A stretch of 64,000 bases of DNA from Macrostomum lignano. Taxonomy: Eukaryota. Where the stretch lies: contig NIVC01001166.1 of the NCBI GenBank assembly GCA_002269645.1, positions 124,001-188,000 of the forward strand, written 5' to 3'. The position numbers and the translations under genes are program-made. Below the pieces are notes generated by a model. That model did no database searches, had not been told where the DNA came from, and was given only the letters and a program-made list of their open reading frames with translations. This document shows, piece after piece, positions 38,025 through 50,403 of the stretch; within the stretch, counting starts at the first letter, position 1, and every line of letters starts with the position of its first letter.

Positions 38025-38699
38025 TGAACAATGGTGAGACCCTAGTGAAAGAGCCTCTCCTTTCAATTTGCCAAGAAACCGAGTGTCCCCTTTTTAGTCC
38101 TCGGTGACATTCCAAGGAAAAATGTTTTGCAGCTTTCAATTTCCAGAATTTGTGTATGTCCCTCTTTTCTGGAAATGTCCCAAGCTTCTTCCCCAGTCTA
38201 TTATCGCCCACGGAAATTGCCAACGCGATAACAGAAAAACATCAGGAAATCGTGGCGAAACAAATCTGCAAGAAAGGCCTGCTCAAAAATAGGCCCATAT
38301 TTATCGCGCAGATTTGAAAGTCGCAGGTGTGGACAGACAGAAGAAAGGTTCTTTCTTTTCTTTTTGTCTAACAGCTGTTCGTCCGTCAGGTGTTGATGCA
38401 CTCCATTCATCAATAGAACGCCCTCAGGGAGACTGGGGCTTGTCTTTAGGGTGCGGCAACCTGCATCTGCAGTCACCGATCCCGTGCATCACTGCTTTGC
38501 ATTTTAATTTCCATCTCAATTCGAATTTTGTTTAATCGGCTGAACGCTCATCTTGAGGAGGAGTTGGGGTGGAAGGGATGTTGAAAACCTGATGATGCCT
38601 TTGTAAAGCGTTGTCCCCCGTTTAATAATCTTGTTTTCAATTTCAGTAATTGCACTATCCCTCTTTCTGAGCAGGGGCTTTGTGAATCTGCACGTTTTT

Positions 38700-39381
38700 A
38701 GAGGGTGTTATTTATGGAGGGTGTTATGCATGGAGGGTGTTATGCATGGAGGGTGTTATGCATGGAGGGTGTTATGCATGGAGAGTGTTATGCATGGAGG
38801 GTGTTATTCATGGAGGGTGTTATGCATGGAGGGTGTTATGCATGGAGAGTGTTATGCATGGAGGGTGTTATTCATGGAGGGTGTTATTCATGGAGGGTGT
38901 TATGCATGGAGGGTGTTATACATGGAGGGTGTTATTCATGGAGGGTGTTATGCATGGAGGGTGTTATTCATGGAGGGTGTTATGCATGGAGGGTGTTATG
39001 CATACAGGGTGTTATTCATGGAGGGTGTTATGCATGGAGGGTGTTATGCATACAGGGTGTTATTCATGGAGGGTGTTATGCATGGAGGGTGTTATGCATG
39101 GAGGGTGTTATTCATGGAGGGTGTTATTCATGGAGGGTGTTATGTATGGAGGGTGTTATTCATGGAGGGTGTTATGCATGGAGGGTGTTATGCATGGAGG
39201 GTATTATTCATGGAGGGTGTTATGCATGGAGGGTGTTATGCATAGAGGGTGTTATTCATGGAGGGTGTTATGGATAGAGGATTTATGCATGGAGGGTGTT
39301 ATGCATGGAGGGTGTTATGCATAGAGGGTGTTATGCATGGAGGGTGTTATGCATGGAGGGTGTTATGCATGGAGGGTGTTA
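38700..39381 (-). repeat. 16-bp minisatellite (ATGGAGGGTGTTATGC), right arm, reverse complement of the previous array
   Basis: The unit is the exact reverse complement of GCATAACACCCTCCAT. Confidence 0.95.
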
Positions 39382-40034
39382 CGCTTGCAGGGTTTTTATG
39401 GGTGTTGTGTACTGGGTCATACTCATGGAGGGTGTTAGGGTGTTACACGTACAACCTCCGACTTTGCAAATCATCAAACTGGTCCCGTTGTCAGGTGAGC
39501 ATTCAAAGGCTTACCTGACTTGGCCGCCTGCTGTATGGCTTCGCTGATTTCTAAAAGGCTTAATAAAAGCAAAAGACTTTGCTTTGAAGTGAGAAGTCTC
39601 GATTTCGCTAATGTGTTTTTTGTAATAAATTATGCTTACATTGCAATGATATTATTGTAAGTCTCTAAAATTGTCACTTCCTTACTGCTAGTAGAGCACT
39701 TAGTGCAAATATATTCACATATTCACATTTGCAATTTACGTGACGTTCGCATGAAATTTTTGTGTTTTTTGTTTTGAATTAATGAGCGCATGCTCAAATT
39801 AAGGATTTCGCACCCGAACCAGCATGTTTATGCGGGCATGTTAATTTTACAGCTGCCGCCTGTGGCACTGTTGAAACGGACAGGCTTGAAATGCACTGAG
39901 AGTGCGAATTGAAAATAATGCGCAATTAGCATGCGCAATTAGCTGTCTGGCTAGGCTACAGGTGTGCAATTAGACTGTAATGAGTGCAAGGAAATGCAGA
40001 GCGGCAGATTCGTAGATTAGTACAGTAACATATT

Positions 40035-41137
40035 GGTAGATTGGTAGATTGGTAGATTGGTAGATTGGTAGATTGGTAGATTGGTAGATTGGTAGATTGG
40101 TAGATTGATAGATTGGTAGATTGGTAGATTGGTAGATTGGTAGACTGGTAGATTGGTAGATTGATGGAATTGCAGAGTGGCAGAGTGGCAGAGTGGCAGA
40201 GTGGCAGAGAGGCAGAGTGGCAGAGTGGCAGAGTGGCAGAGTGGCAGAGTGGCAGAGTGGCAGAGTGGCAGAGTGGCAGAGTGGCAGAATGGCAGTGAGT
40301 GGCAGAGTGGCAGAGTGGCAGTGAGTGGCAGAGTGGCAGAGTGGCAGAGTGGCAGTGAGTGGCAGAGTGGCAGTGAGTGGCAGAGTGGCAGAGTGGCAGA
40401 GTGGCAGAGTGGCAGAGTGGCAGTGAGTGGCAGAGTGGCAGAGTGGCAGAGTGGCAGAGTGGCAGAGTGACAGAGTGGCAGAGTGGCAGAATGGCAGTGA
40501 GTGGCAGAGTGGCAGTGAGTGGCAGAGTGGCAGTGAGTGGCAGAGTGGCAGTGAGTGGCAGAGTGGCAGAGTGGCAGAGTGGCAGAGTGGCAGTGAGTGG
40601 CAGAGTGGCAGTGAGTGGCAGAGTGGCAGTGAGTGGCAGTGAGTGGCAGAGTGGCAGTGAGTAGCAGAGTGGCAGTGAGTGGCAGAGTGGCAGAGTGGCA
40701 GAGTGGCAGAGTGGCAGAGTGGCAGAGTGGCAGTGAGTGGCAGAGTGGCAGTGAGTGGCAGAGTGGCAGAGTGGCAGAGTGGCAGTGAGTGGCAGAGTGG
40801 CAGTGAGTGGCAGAGTGGCAGTGAGTGGCAGAGTGGCAGAGTGGCAGAGTGGCAGTGAGTGGCAGAGTGGCAGAGTGGCAGTGAGTGGCAGAGTGGCAGA
40901 GTGGCAGAGTGGCAGAGTGGCAGAGTGGCAGTGAGTGGCAGAGTGGCAGAGTGGCAGAGTGGCAGAGTGGCAGAGTGGCAGAGTGGCAGAGTGGCAGAGT
41001 GGCAGAGTGGCAGAGTGGCAGAGTGGCAGAGTGGCAGAGTGGCAGAGTGGCAGAGTGGCAGAGTGGCAGAGTGGCAGAGTGGCAGAGTGGCAGAGTGGCA
41101 GAGTGGCAGAGTGGCAGAGTGGCAGAGTGGCAGAGTA
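40035..41137. repeat. 8-bp satellites (GATTGGTA)n then (GAGTGGCA)n
   Basis: Direct tandem units. Confidence 0.97.
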
Positions 41138-41759
41138 CATGAAAATAACAAAGGCTGGTCTGTCATTTCCGAAATATTTCGAACCGTGAGTAGGTGATTT
41201 ATTAGAAAACACAAATATTTTTGTCCAAGAGTTTTCATATCCAATATTTTGACATTCGAGAACAATTAGAATATATGGAGCTTGAAGATGGTGTTATTTC
41301 TGATACACAAAAATATTGAACGATAACTACTCGAATTTCTATTTGTATTTGGGATGCAAGTGTGCAGGATTAGGGTCGAATTCCAAGGATTATAATATCG
41401 GAAAATAATATTCTTACAAATCCGGTGAGCAATGGCTGTTGAGGAATTTATGGTTTAAACAGATATATCACAAACCCTTAACAGCATGCACATAAGCACA
41501 CGGGTTGTACACAGTTTCGTGTGTAATGATTTTAAATATTGTTTTAATTCGCATAAATAGTGTGATAATCACTTCTTGGTGCCATTATTCTTCTAGATCC
41601 GCCATTTTACCCCCTAAATCCACCATTCTACCATCAAAATCCGCCATTTTACCTCTTAGATCTGCCACTCTCTACCCAGAAGATCCCGTAATTCTACTCC
41701 CAGATCCGCCATCCTATCCCACCCCATGAGTCCAGTCTGGCAGCCATCCGCCCGGCTCC

Positions 41760-44700
41760 TCAGAACTCCGTGATGTACCTGCCCGGCTTGCCCTCCTCGG
41801 CCGCCTGCTCCATGCAGAAGCCGTTGTTGTCCTCCTCGGCGACCTCCTCGAGGTCCTTGCGGGACAGCGCCTCCACCACGCCGGCGCCGACGCAGTCGCC
41901 CCAGACGTTGATGGAAGTTCGGAGACGGTCGCTGCGGAGTCATTGGCAGAGAAATGCGTTTAATAATGTTGTGGTGTGACTGTATGGAGTGACATTTTGG
42001 TGTGACTCTATGGAGTGACATTTTGGTGTGACTCTATGGAGTGACATTTTGGTGTGACTCTATGGAGTGACATTTTGGTGTGACTCTATGGAGTGACATT
42101 TTGGTGTGACTCTATGGAGCGACATTTTGGTGTGACTCTATGGAGTGACATTTTGGTGTGACTCTATGGAGTGACACTTTGGTGTGACTCTATGGAGTGA
42201 CACTTTGGTGTGACTCTATGGAGTGACATTTTGGTGTGACTCTATGGAGTGACAGTTGACGACTTTGAGCCGAAGCAGTTTACTCACAGGAACCAATCGA
42301 TGGCCAGGATGAGGGTGACGTCATCCGTGGGCAACCCGACGGCGGTCAGGACGATCACCATGGTAACCAGGCCTGCCTCTGGCACACCGGCGGCGCCCAC
42401 AGCAGCTGCGGTGGCTGTCAGGCTAATGGTGACGAGCTTGGCGAAGTCCAGGGTGATGCCGTTCACCTGGGCGATGAACACGGAGGCCACGGCCTCGTAC
42501 AGGGCGGTGCCGTCCATGTTGATGGTGGCACCCACCGGGAGCACGAACCGGGACACCTGAGGTGGGGATTGGGAGTGGAATGTAGGGAAAGGAGGGGAAT
42601 TCTGGCTGCGGAGTGACTGGAGAGTGACACATAAGTGGCAAATTAGTTTCTGATGAGTGACACCTGAGTGACACCTGAGTAACACCCAAGTGACACATAA
42701 GTGACACCTGAGTGAGCCAACACAGACTACTCACCATCTTGCTGACCCCGTTGACTTCCTCGATGCAGTACAGGCTGACCGGCAGCGTGGCGGAGCTAGA
42801 GGCGGTGCTGACGGCAGTCAGGATGGCCCGCATGCAGCCGAACATGTAGCGGAAGGGGTTCCGCCTCACCACGATCAGGTAGATGAGCGGCAGCACGATG
42901 AAGCCGTGGATCACCAGGCCGCTGATCACCGTGATGGAGTACAGACCGAGCTGGGACAGCGTCTCCACCACGTTCTCCATCTCGATGATCTTGCCGGAGA
43001 TCAGGAAGATGATGCCGATGGGGGTGAACCTGCGGGATCAGAGACGGGATTATCAGGGACAGGATTATCAGGGACAGGATTATCAGGGACGGGATTATCA
43101 GGGACAGGATTATCAGGGACGGGATTATCAGGGACAGGATTACCAGGGACAGGATTATCAGGGACAGGATTATCAGGGACAGGATTGTCAGGGACAGGAT
43201 TATCAGGGACAGGATTATCAGGGACAGGATTATCAGGGACAGGATTATCAGGGACAGGATTATCAGGGACAGGATTATCAGGGACAGGATTATCAGGGAC
43301 AGGATTATCAGGGACAGGATTATCAGGGACAGGATTATCAGGGACAGGATTATCAGGGACAGGATTATCAGGGACAGGATTATCAGGGACAGGATTATCA
43401 GGGACAAGATTATCAGGGACAGGATTATCGGGGACAGGATTATCAGGGACAGGATTATCGGGGACAGGATTATCAGGGACAGGATTATCAGGGACAGCCG
43501 GACTCACCAGATCACAACTTTGACCACCACCAGCACGGCTTCGCTGCACCCGTCGAAGAACTGGCGGGCCACGTGGCCCCGCTCGCCGATGCGGCTGAGG
43601 GCGACGCCGAAAGCCAGGGAGAACACAATGATGCCCAGCAGGTTGCTGCCCTCCACCCGCTCCACCTTGGGCACGTAGTCGTACACCGGGGCAGCGGTCG
43701 GCTTTGGCGTCGGTCCGGAGCTGGCATTCAGCGAATCGGCCACAGTGGTCGCGATGTTCGTCGTCGTCAGGGTGAAAGCGGTCGAGTTGCTGGCCGTGGC
43801 ATTCGGGTCAACCGTCGGCGGAGCGGTTGTGGTCGCGTCCGGGATGATGAACTTCATGCTGGTCTGCACCTTGCGGATGCAGGCGTCCATCACGTTGTCT
43901 GGGAATGCGTTGCTGAATGGGGAGGAGGGTGAGTTCATGAGTTCATGAATTCATGAGTTCATGAGTTCATGAGTTCATGAGTTCATGAGTTCATGAGTTC
44001 ATGAGTTCATGAGTTCATGAGTTCATGAGTTCATGAGTTCATGAGTTCATGAGTTCATGAGTTCATGAGTTCATGAGTTCATGAGTTCATGAGTTCATGA
44101 GTGAGTGAGTTCATGAGTGAGTGACTGAGTGGGTGAGTGGGTGAGTTCATGAGTGAGTGAGTGAGTGAGTGAGTGAGTGAGTTCGTGAGTGAGTGAGTTC
44201 ATGAGTGAGTGAGTGAGTGAGTTCATGAGTGAGTGAGTTCATGAGTAAGTGAGTGAGTTCATGAGTGAGTGAGTTCATGAGTGAGTGAGTTCATGAGTGA
44301 GTGAGTTCATGAGTGAGTGAGTTCATGAATGAGTGAGTTCATGAGTGAGTGAGTGAGTTCATGAGTTCATGAGTGAGTGAGTGAGTTCGTGAGTGAGTGA
44401 GTTCATGAGTGAGTGAGTGAGTGAGTTCATGAGTGAGTGAGTTCATGAGTGAGTGAGTGAGTTCATGAGTGAGTGAGTTCATGAGTGAGTGAGTTCATGA
44501 GTGAGTGAGTTCATGAGTGAGTGAGTTCATGAGTGAGTGAGTGAGTGAGTGAGTGAGTGAGTTCATGGGTGAGTGACTGAGTGGGTGAGTGGGTGAGTTC
44601 ATGAGTGAGTGACTGAGTGGGTGAGTGGGTGAGTTCATGAGTGAGTGAGTGAGTGAGTGAGTTAGTGAGTGAGTGAGTGAGTGAGTGAGTTCATGAGTGA

Positions 44701-45773
44701 GTGAGTGAGTTCATGAGTGAGTGAGTGAGTTCATGAGTGAGTGAGTTCATGAGTGAGTGAGTGAGTGAGTGAGTGAGTTCATGAGTGAGTGAGTTCATGA
44801 GTGAGTGAGTTCATGAGTGAGTGAGTTCATGAGTGAGTGAGTGAGTGAGTGAGTGAGTGAGTGAGTGAGTGAGTGAGTGAGTGAGTTGATGAGTTCATGA
44901 GTTCATGAGTTCATGAGTTCATGAGTTCATGAGTTCATGAGTTCATGAGTGAGTGAGTTCATGAGTTCATGAGTTCATGAGTGAGTGAGTTCATGAGTGA
45001 GTGAGTTCATGAGTGAGTTCATGAGTGAGTGAGTTCATGAGTTCATGAGTGAGTGAGTGGGTGAGTGAGTGAGTAAGTGAGTGAGTGAGTGAGTAAGTGA
45101 GTGAGTGAGTGAGTGAGTGAGTTCATGAGTTCATGAGTGAGTGAGTGAGTGAGTGAGTGAGTGAGTGAGTGAGTGAGTGAGTTCATGAGTTCATGAGTTC
45201 ATGAGTGGGTGAGTTCATGAGTGAGTGAGTGAGTGAGTGAGTGAGTGAGTGAGTGAGTAATGCTCACCGGATGAGATCCAGCAGCGAGTCGACCGCATTC
45301 ACGGTCTTGGAGGAGCCCTGTCGCCGCATTGTCTCCGAGCTCTCCGAGCGGCCCGGGCGGATGCTGACCACCAGCACGATGCCGATGATGACGGCAAACA
45401 GGGTGGTGCACATGTAGTACACAACTGCCCTCAGGCCGATCCAAGAAGACGCATTCCGGCCCAATGAGGACATCCCGGAAATCATGGAGGTGATGACCAG
45501 CGGCAGGATCACCATCTGCAGCATCCTGAGCAGGAGTTCGCCGGGGAATTTGTAGTAGGCCAGCTCTCTGGCCGTCCAGACCGGCTTGGCGTAGCGAAGG
45601 CCGACGCCCAGGCCGATGCCGGCCGCCACGCCGAGGATGAGGCAGAGCACGAAGACGTTGCGCCGGAGGAAGGTGCGGCAGCAGTCGGCCGAGCAGGGCT
45701 CCGGGCGGGAGCAGCCGCGCGACTTGCCGTCTCGAAGAGATCCGTTGGAGGATGGCATCCTTGATCTGAGCAT
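41760..45773 (-). CDS. SLC1A: Excitatory amino acid transporter (SLC1A/EAAT family), 5 exons (45773-45268, 43912-43508, 43029-42735, 42556-42288, 41931-41760), 548 aa
   Basis: Hallmark motifs [63 protein letters not shown] and [16 protein letters not shown] are present. All four introns are GT-AG with matching phases (2, 2, 0, 2). The TM8 Arg typical of acidic-amino-acid transporters (DRLRT) is retained. Confidence 0.96.
41975..42252. repeat. 26-bp intronic minisatellite (GTGACTCTATGGAGTGACATTTTGGT)
   Basis: Fills SLC1A intron 4; period 26. Confidence 0.95.
43048..43497. repeat. 15-bp intronic minisatellite (GGATTATCAGGGACA)
   Basis: Fills SLC1A intron 2. Confidence 0.97.
43935..45258. repeat. 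Mixed (GAGTTCAT)n/(GAGT)n intronic satellite
   Basis: Fills nearly all of SLC1A intron 1. Confidence 0.97.
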
Positions 45774-45847
45774 TTATTCGTTTTGGGTCTAATGAGGGCT
45801 TCTCAAATATACGCTCGTACTCATATTATTATTTGAAAACCTGCTGG

Positions 45848-46010
45848 ATTAGGATTAAGGTTAGGGTTAGGCAGGTTTAGGGTAGGGTTAGGGTAGGGTT
45901 AAGGTATTGTTAGATTAGGGTTGGGGTTGGGGTTAGGGTAGGGTAAGGGTTAGGGTGAAGTTAGGGGAGGGGTTAGAGTTAGGGGTAGAGTTAGGATTAG
46001 GCTATAGGGT
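45848..46010 (+). repeat. Degenerate interstitial telomere-like (TTAGGG)n tract
   Basis: Many TTAGGG, TAGGG and TTGGGG variants. Confidence 0.75.
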
Positions 46011-46062
46011 TTGAGCCCAATTATTATTTATTATTTATTCTGGTGTATTCTGTGGAAAAAAC

Positions 46063-46460
46063 CTTGCATTAATAAAAATGCATAATTCAAATTTCTAGGA
46101 TTTTCCAAAACTACTAAGAGTAGCTGATGTCTTTGAATACGAATTCTTGTTTACGAGTATTATAACATTAATTTTATGCTCAGTTCTGGAAAGCAATGTC
46201 GAAACACGTTTAAAGAAGTCAAATAAATAAAGCAAATTTGAATTTCAACACAGCATTTAAAAATACAATTGCTTACTAGGAAACAAATTTTATGGATTAC
46301 AGTTATGAAATGAAGGGCATGCAACTGCGAATGCTACTAATGAGTAGCATCGCTAGAGAAGTATTCCAGAACACATTAGAGAAGAAACAGGATCAGGAAA
46401 AACTTGCGACTATCGATAATCTGATGAATTCAATATAAGATTTCTGCATAAATAATTAGT
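46063..46460 (+). repeat. ~395-bp AT-rich dispersed direct repeat, copy 1
   Basis: Near-identical to 50404-50793 apart from a few substitutions and a small indel. Confidence 0.93.
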
Positions 46461-47074
46461 ATCTATAAATGGGGCTGTCCCCCCCCAATTCCGCTTCACT
46501 AGTGGAGTATTGTCCCATTGACTTGAGATTTAGTAAATTTAACTGATAGTAGGTACTTACCAGAACTACTACAGACGTTAATGAGCTGCTTAGAGCTTTA
46601 CCAAACTGTGACTAATACAATTATTTTTTTTGTTTACAACAACAGCTTTTAAAGTAGACTTTTAGAGGCTACCGAGTTTTGTGCCGTGCAGAGTTGAGCT
46701 GTCAGAGCGTCTTTGGCAGTAGAAATACAGGGAAAGGGTGGGTGCTGCGGGCACAGGGTTGTTGGCGGGGCCACCTCTAATGCAACTCTGCACCAATGAG
46801 TTTCTCCGCACACACACAAAAGCGGAGCTCATTATTCGGCTATGTTTGGCGAGGCTTGGCGAGTGTTTGCGCTCTCGATTGCTGTTTTGAACCAGAGCAA
46901 AGGATGAGACTTGGAACCCTGTCTGTCTTGCCAGCTTTGTCAACAATTTTGCAGTTGCATCTACGATGTCTGTTTGCTAGCATCAGGGAATCTGTGTTGC
47001 TGGGAGTCATACAATTCTCAGAGACCATATTTTGCAGAAGACACAGAAAACAGTGCCAGTGCAGTGCTAAGAAG

Positions 47075-47675
47075 ACAGACACTACAGTAGACAGACACTA
47101 CAGAAGACAGACACTACAGTAGACAGACACTACAGAAGACAGACACTACAGAAGACAGACACTACAGAAGACAGACACTACAGAAGACAGACACTACAGA
47201 AGACAGACACTACAGAAGACAGACACTGCAGAAGACAGACACTACAGAAGACAGACACTACAGAAGACAGACACTACAGAAGACAGACACTACAGAAGAC
47301 AGACACTACAGAAGACAGACACTACAGAAGACAGACACTACAGAAGACAGACACTACAGAAGACAGACACTACAGAAGACAGACACTACAGAAGACAGAC
47401 ACTACAGAAGACAGACACTACAGAAGACAGACACTACAGAAGACAGACACTACAGAAGACAGACACTACAGAAGACAGACACTACAGAAGACAGACACTA
47501 CAGAAGACAGACACTACAGAAGACAGACACTACAGAAGACAGACACTGCGGAAGACAGACAAGACACTACAGAAGACAGACACTACAGAAGACAGACACT
47601 GCAGAAGACAGACACTGCGGAAGACAGACACTACAGAAGGCAGACACTACAGTAGACAGACACTACAGAAGACAG
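47075..47675. repeat. 16-bp minisatellite (ACTACAGAAGACAGAC)
   Basis: Period of 16 read directly. Confidence 0.96.
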
Positions 47676-48022
47676 ACACAATAGAAGTGAGGCACACTGC
47701 GCAGTCTGATTACTTTGCAGCACATCAGCTAAAACAGGTCGCATTGGTTGCTGAAGGCATGAGTACTCTCTTTACTTTGAGTATTGACGAGTTCAACTGC
47801 AATTAAGAAATGGGTACTCAGTCTTGGTACACAGTTAAAAAAACACAGGAATGAAAATTCCAAGCAGAAGAGCGGCGGGTTAAAACAATTAGCGTTGTTA
47901 AGGCCCAGTTAGATCTGCATCTTTCTCTGCGAGGGGTCTTGCTATTAAAGTCTGACAATAATAGTACATTTGAAGATTGGTCTGACATTTTTAAAGATAG
48001 TTTCAAGGTCTATGGTCTATGG

Positions 48023-49758
48023 TACGCAAAAAGTATCCGGACACTTGCATGTGTTGCAGAGAAGGACAGATAAATATGCACGTGTTGTACCCAAAATCAA
48101 TGAATTTTCACATCGCAATTTAATGCAACAAATTGTCGTAGCTCGTTTTTCAGCAAAGTGGCCAATGCAACAGGTCGGTCTATTTTCACCTGGAAAGGTG
48201 ATAATGGCTTAATTAAAGGTAGATGACGTAAATCGCGAAATTTCAAGCTCGTGTTCGATTTAACAAGGTAAAAACGAATTTTTTCTAAAATGCGAACAAG
48301 AGAAACGTAACGCGGGCATTGAGCAACAAAAGCGAAACTCAATTTAAAGAAGCGGTCGCTTTTTCAAACAGAGTTCAAGATCGTCAGACTTCCTCGAATC
48401 AATCACCTGGCCCACTTGCTGCCATGTGCTGCTCAAATGGTTCCAACAAGCGGCTCTGCATGCCAGACTCGATTTAATCCACGATTGGAGAACCTCCTTG
48501 GGCAATCACCTTCTCAAGACGACCACGAAACGCTTTGCAGCATCTCACCAGATATTCCGGAGTCAGCTCTGATTCCCAAGCCTCATGAATGGCAGATCTC
48601 CAGCGAGTCCAGGGACGTGTGGAAGCTTCTGCAGGCCCGCTTGTCAACCTGGTTCCAGATCGAAAAATCCAGGGGATTTAGATCCGGTGAGTAGGCTGGC
48701 CAGTCCTCCTTCAGCCAGACGCGCTTGCGCCCGAAGTGAGCGCTGAGCCAGGCCTGCACGTCATTGCGAGTGTGTGCTGGAGCCGAGTCCTGCTGGAAGC
48801 GAGAGTTCCAGCCATCTGCAAAACTACCATCCGGCCGCACCCTGTCAGGATAGTTACTGCGAATCCAGTGCAGCACTTTCTGGAGCACATCAAGGTACCC
48901 GTCTCCATTCAGTCGGTACCCCTTGTCAAAAAAGATTGGCTGCATTTTCTTGCCATCAGAAGCGACGAGGCCGAAGACCATGATGGTTGCCGGGTGCTTC
49001 ATCTGTGGCGAGTTGAAGGCGTCCCGCTCCTCACTACTCCTGACCAGCACGCGCGAAGAGCTGCGATTCCGGTAGGGTGTCTGCGTGAAGTTCTTTTCAT
49101 CCGTGAAGAAGATGACTTCAACTTCGGGAGAGGCCTTGAGGTCATTCAGGAGCCTCCGTGACCGTTGAACCCGAAGCCCCAGCAGATCCGCGTTCAGCAT
49201 GGGGATCTCCCTCTGCACGAAGCTCCTGACGCCCATCTCCCGAAATGCATTGCGGACATTGCTCTCATGCACTCCTTCCTCTCGGGCAATTTGCCTCATC
49301 GTCTTCGTTGGGTCTTCTGCCCGCTTGGCTTCGAGGTTGGCCATGAAGTCTGGTGTCCGGACTGTCCGCGGCCGTCCCGATTTCTCCTTTGGTTCCAGGC
49401 TGTCGCCAGAATACAGCAGCTTCTTCCAATCACCGACGGTGCTCTTCCCTACTGAGTACTTCTCAGCACACATTCGCACGCTCATTCCAGAAATCAAGTC
49501 GGTAGCGACACACTTCTTGAGATCCAAGGAATAGCTTGCCATTTTGTGACAACTTGGGGTGGCAAATCCGCGGATTGAAAACGAAGCTTTCGAAATAAAA
49601 GGATGAACAGCATGAGTCCATTTTGCATATCAGGGTTAAAATTCCAGGCAGAAGTTGGGCCATAGACATATTATACAAATGATGCTTTAAATTCCCGGAG
49701 TATGTCAAACTCTCGGAAAGCAAAGCCAACAAGATTTTGTCCGGATACCTTTTGCGCA
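48023..49758 (-). mobile_element. Tc1/mariner-superfamily DNA transposon (maT-like), about 1.74 kb
   Basis: Inverted repeats TACGCAAAAAGTATCCGGACA (48023-48043) and TGTCCGGATACCTTTTGCGCA (49738-49758) match at 19/21 positions and enclose a transposase ORF. Confidence 0.88.
48474..49542 (-). pseudogene. DD39D transposase with one frameshift near the C-terminus (355 aa if repaired)
   Basis: N-terminal HTH region with SGRPR; catalytic motifs FTDEKNF, FQQDSAPAH and WPAYSPDLNPLDFSIW. Removing one base near 48600 restores the typical tail LRSAIHEAWESELTPEYLVRCCKAFRGRLEKVIAQGGSPIVD*. Confidence 0.9.
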
Positions 49759-49769
49759 CACGGGCAATG

Positions 49770-50245
49770 ATCAATAATCATAGCCATAGATCATAGATCA
49801 TAGATAACCATAGATCATGGTCAATGATCTATGGTCTATGGTCTATGATCTATGATCTATGGTCTATGGTCTATGGTCTATGGTCTATGGTCTATGGTCT
49901 ATGGTCTATGGTCTATGGTCTATGGTCTATGGTCTATGGTCTATGGTCTATGGTCCATGATCAATGGTCTATGGTCTATGGTCTATGGTCTATGGTCTAT
50001 GGTCCATGATCAATGGTCTATGGTCTTTGGTCTATGATCTATGGTCAATGATCTATGGTCTATGATCTATGATCTATGATCTATGGTCTATGGTCTATGG
50101 TCTATGGTTTGTGGTCTATGATCTATGGTCTTTGGTCTATGGTCTATGGTCTATGATCTATGATCTATGGTCTATGGTCTATGGTCTATGGTCTATGGTC
50201 TATGGTCTATGATCTATGGTCTATGATCTATATGATCGATGATCC
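49770..50245. repeat. 7-bp satellite (CTATGGT/CTATGAT)n
   Basis: Direct tandem units. A short copy of the same motif (48007-48023) abuts the other end of the transposon. Confidence 0.96.
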
Positions 50246-50403
50246 ATGGTCAAAACATGCTCGTCGATCGCAGAGTTCTCTGGTGAAATCTCTGTAGCTT
50301 GAGTTCACTTTAATTAACCATATCTATCTTATGCATACATACAGTCAACTCATTTTTAGTATATGGATTTGACTACCGAGATGTTGGGTAAATAAGACAA
50401 ACT

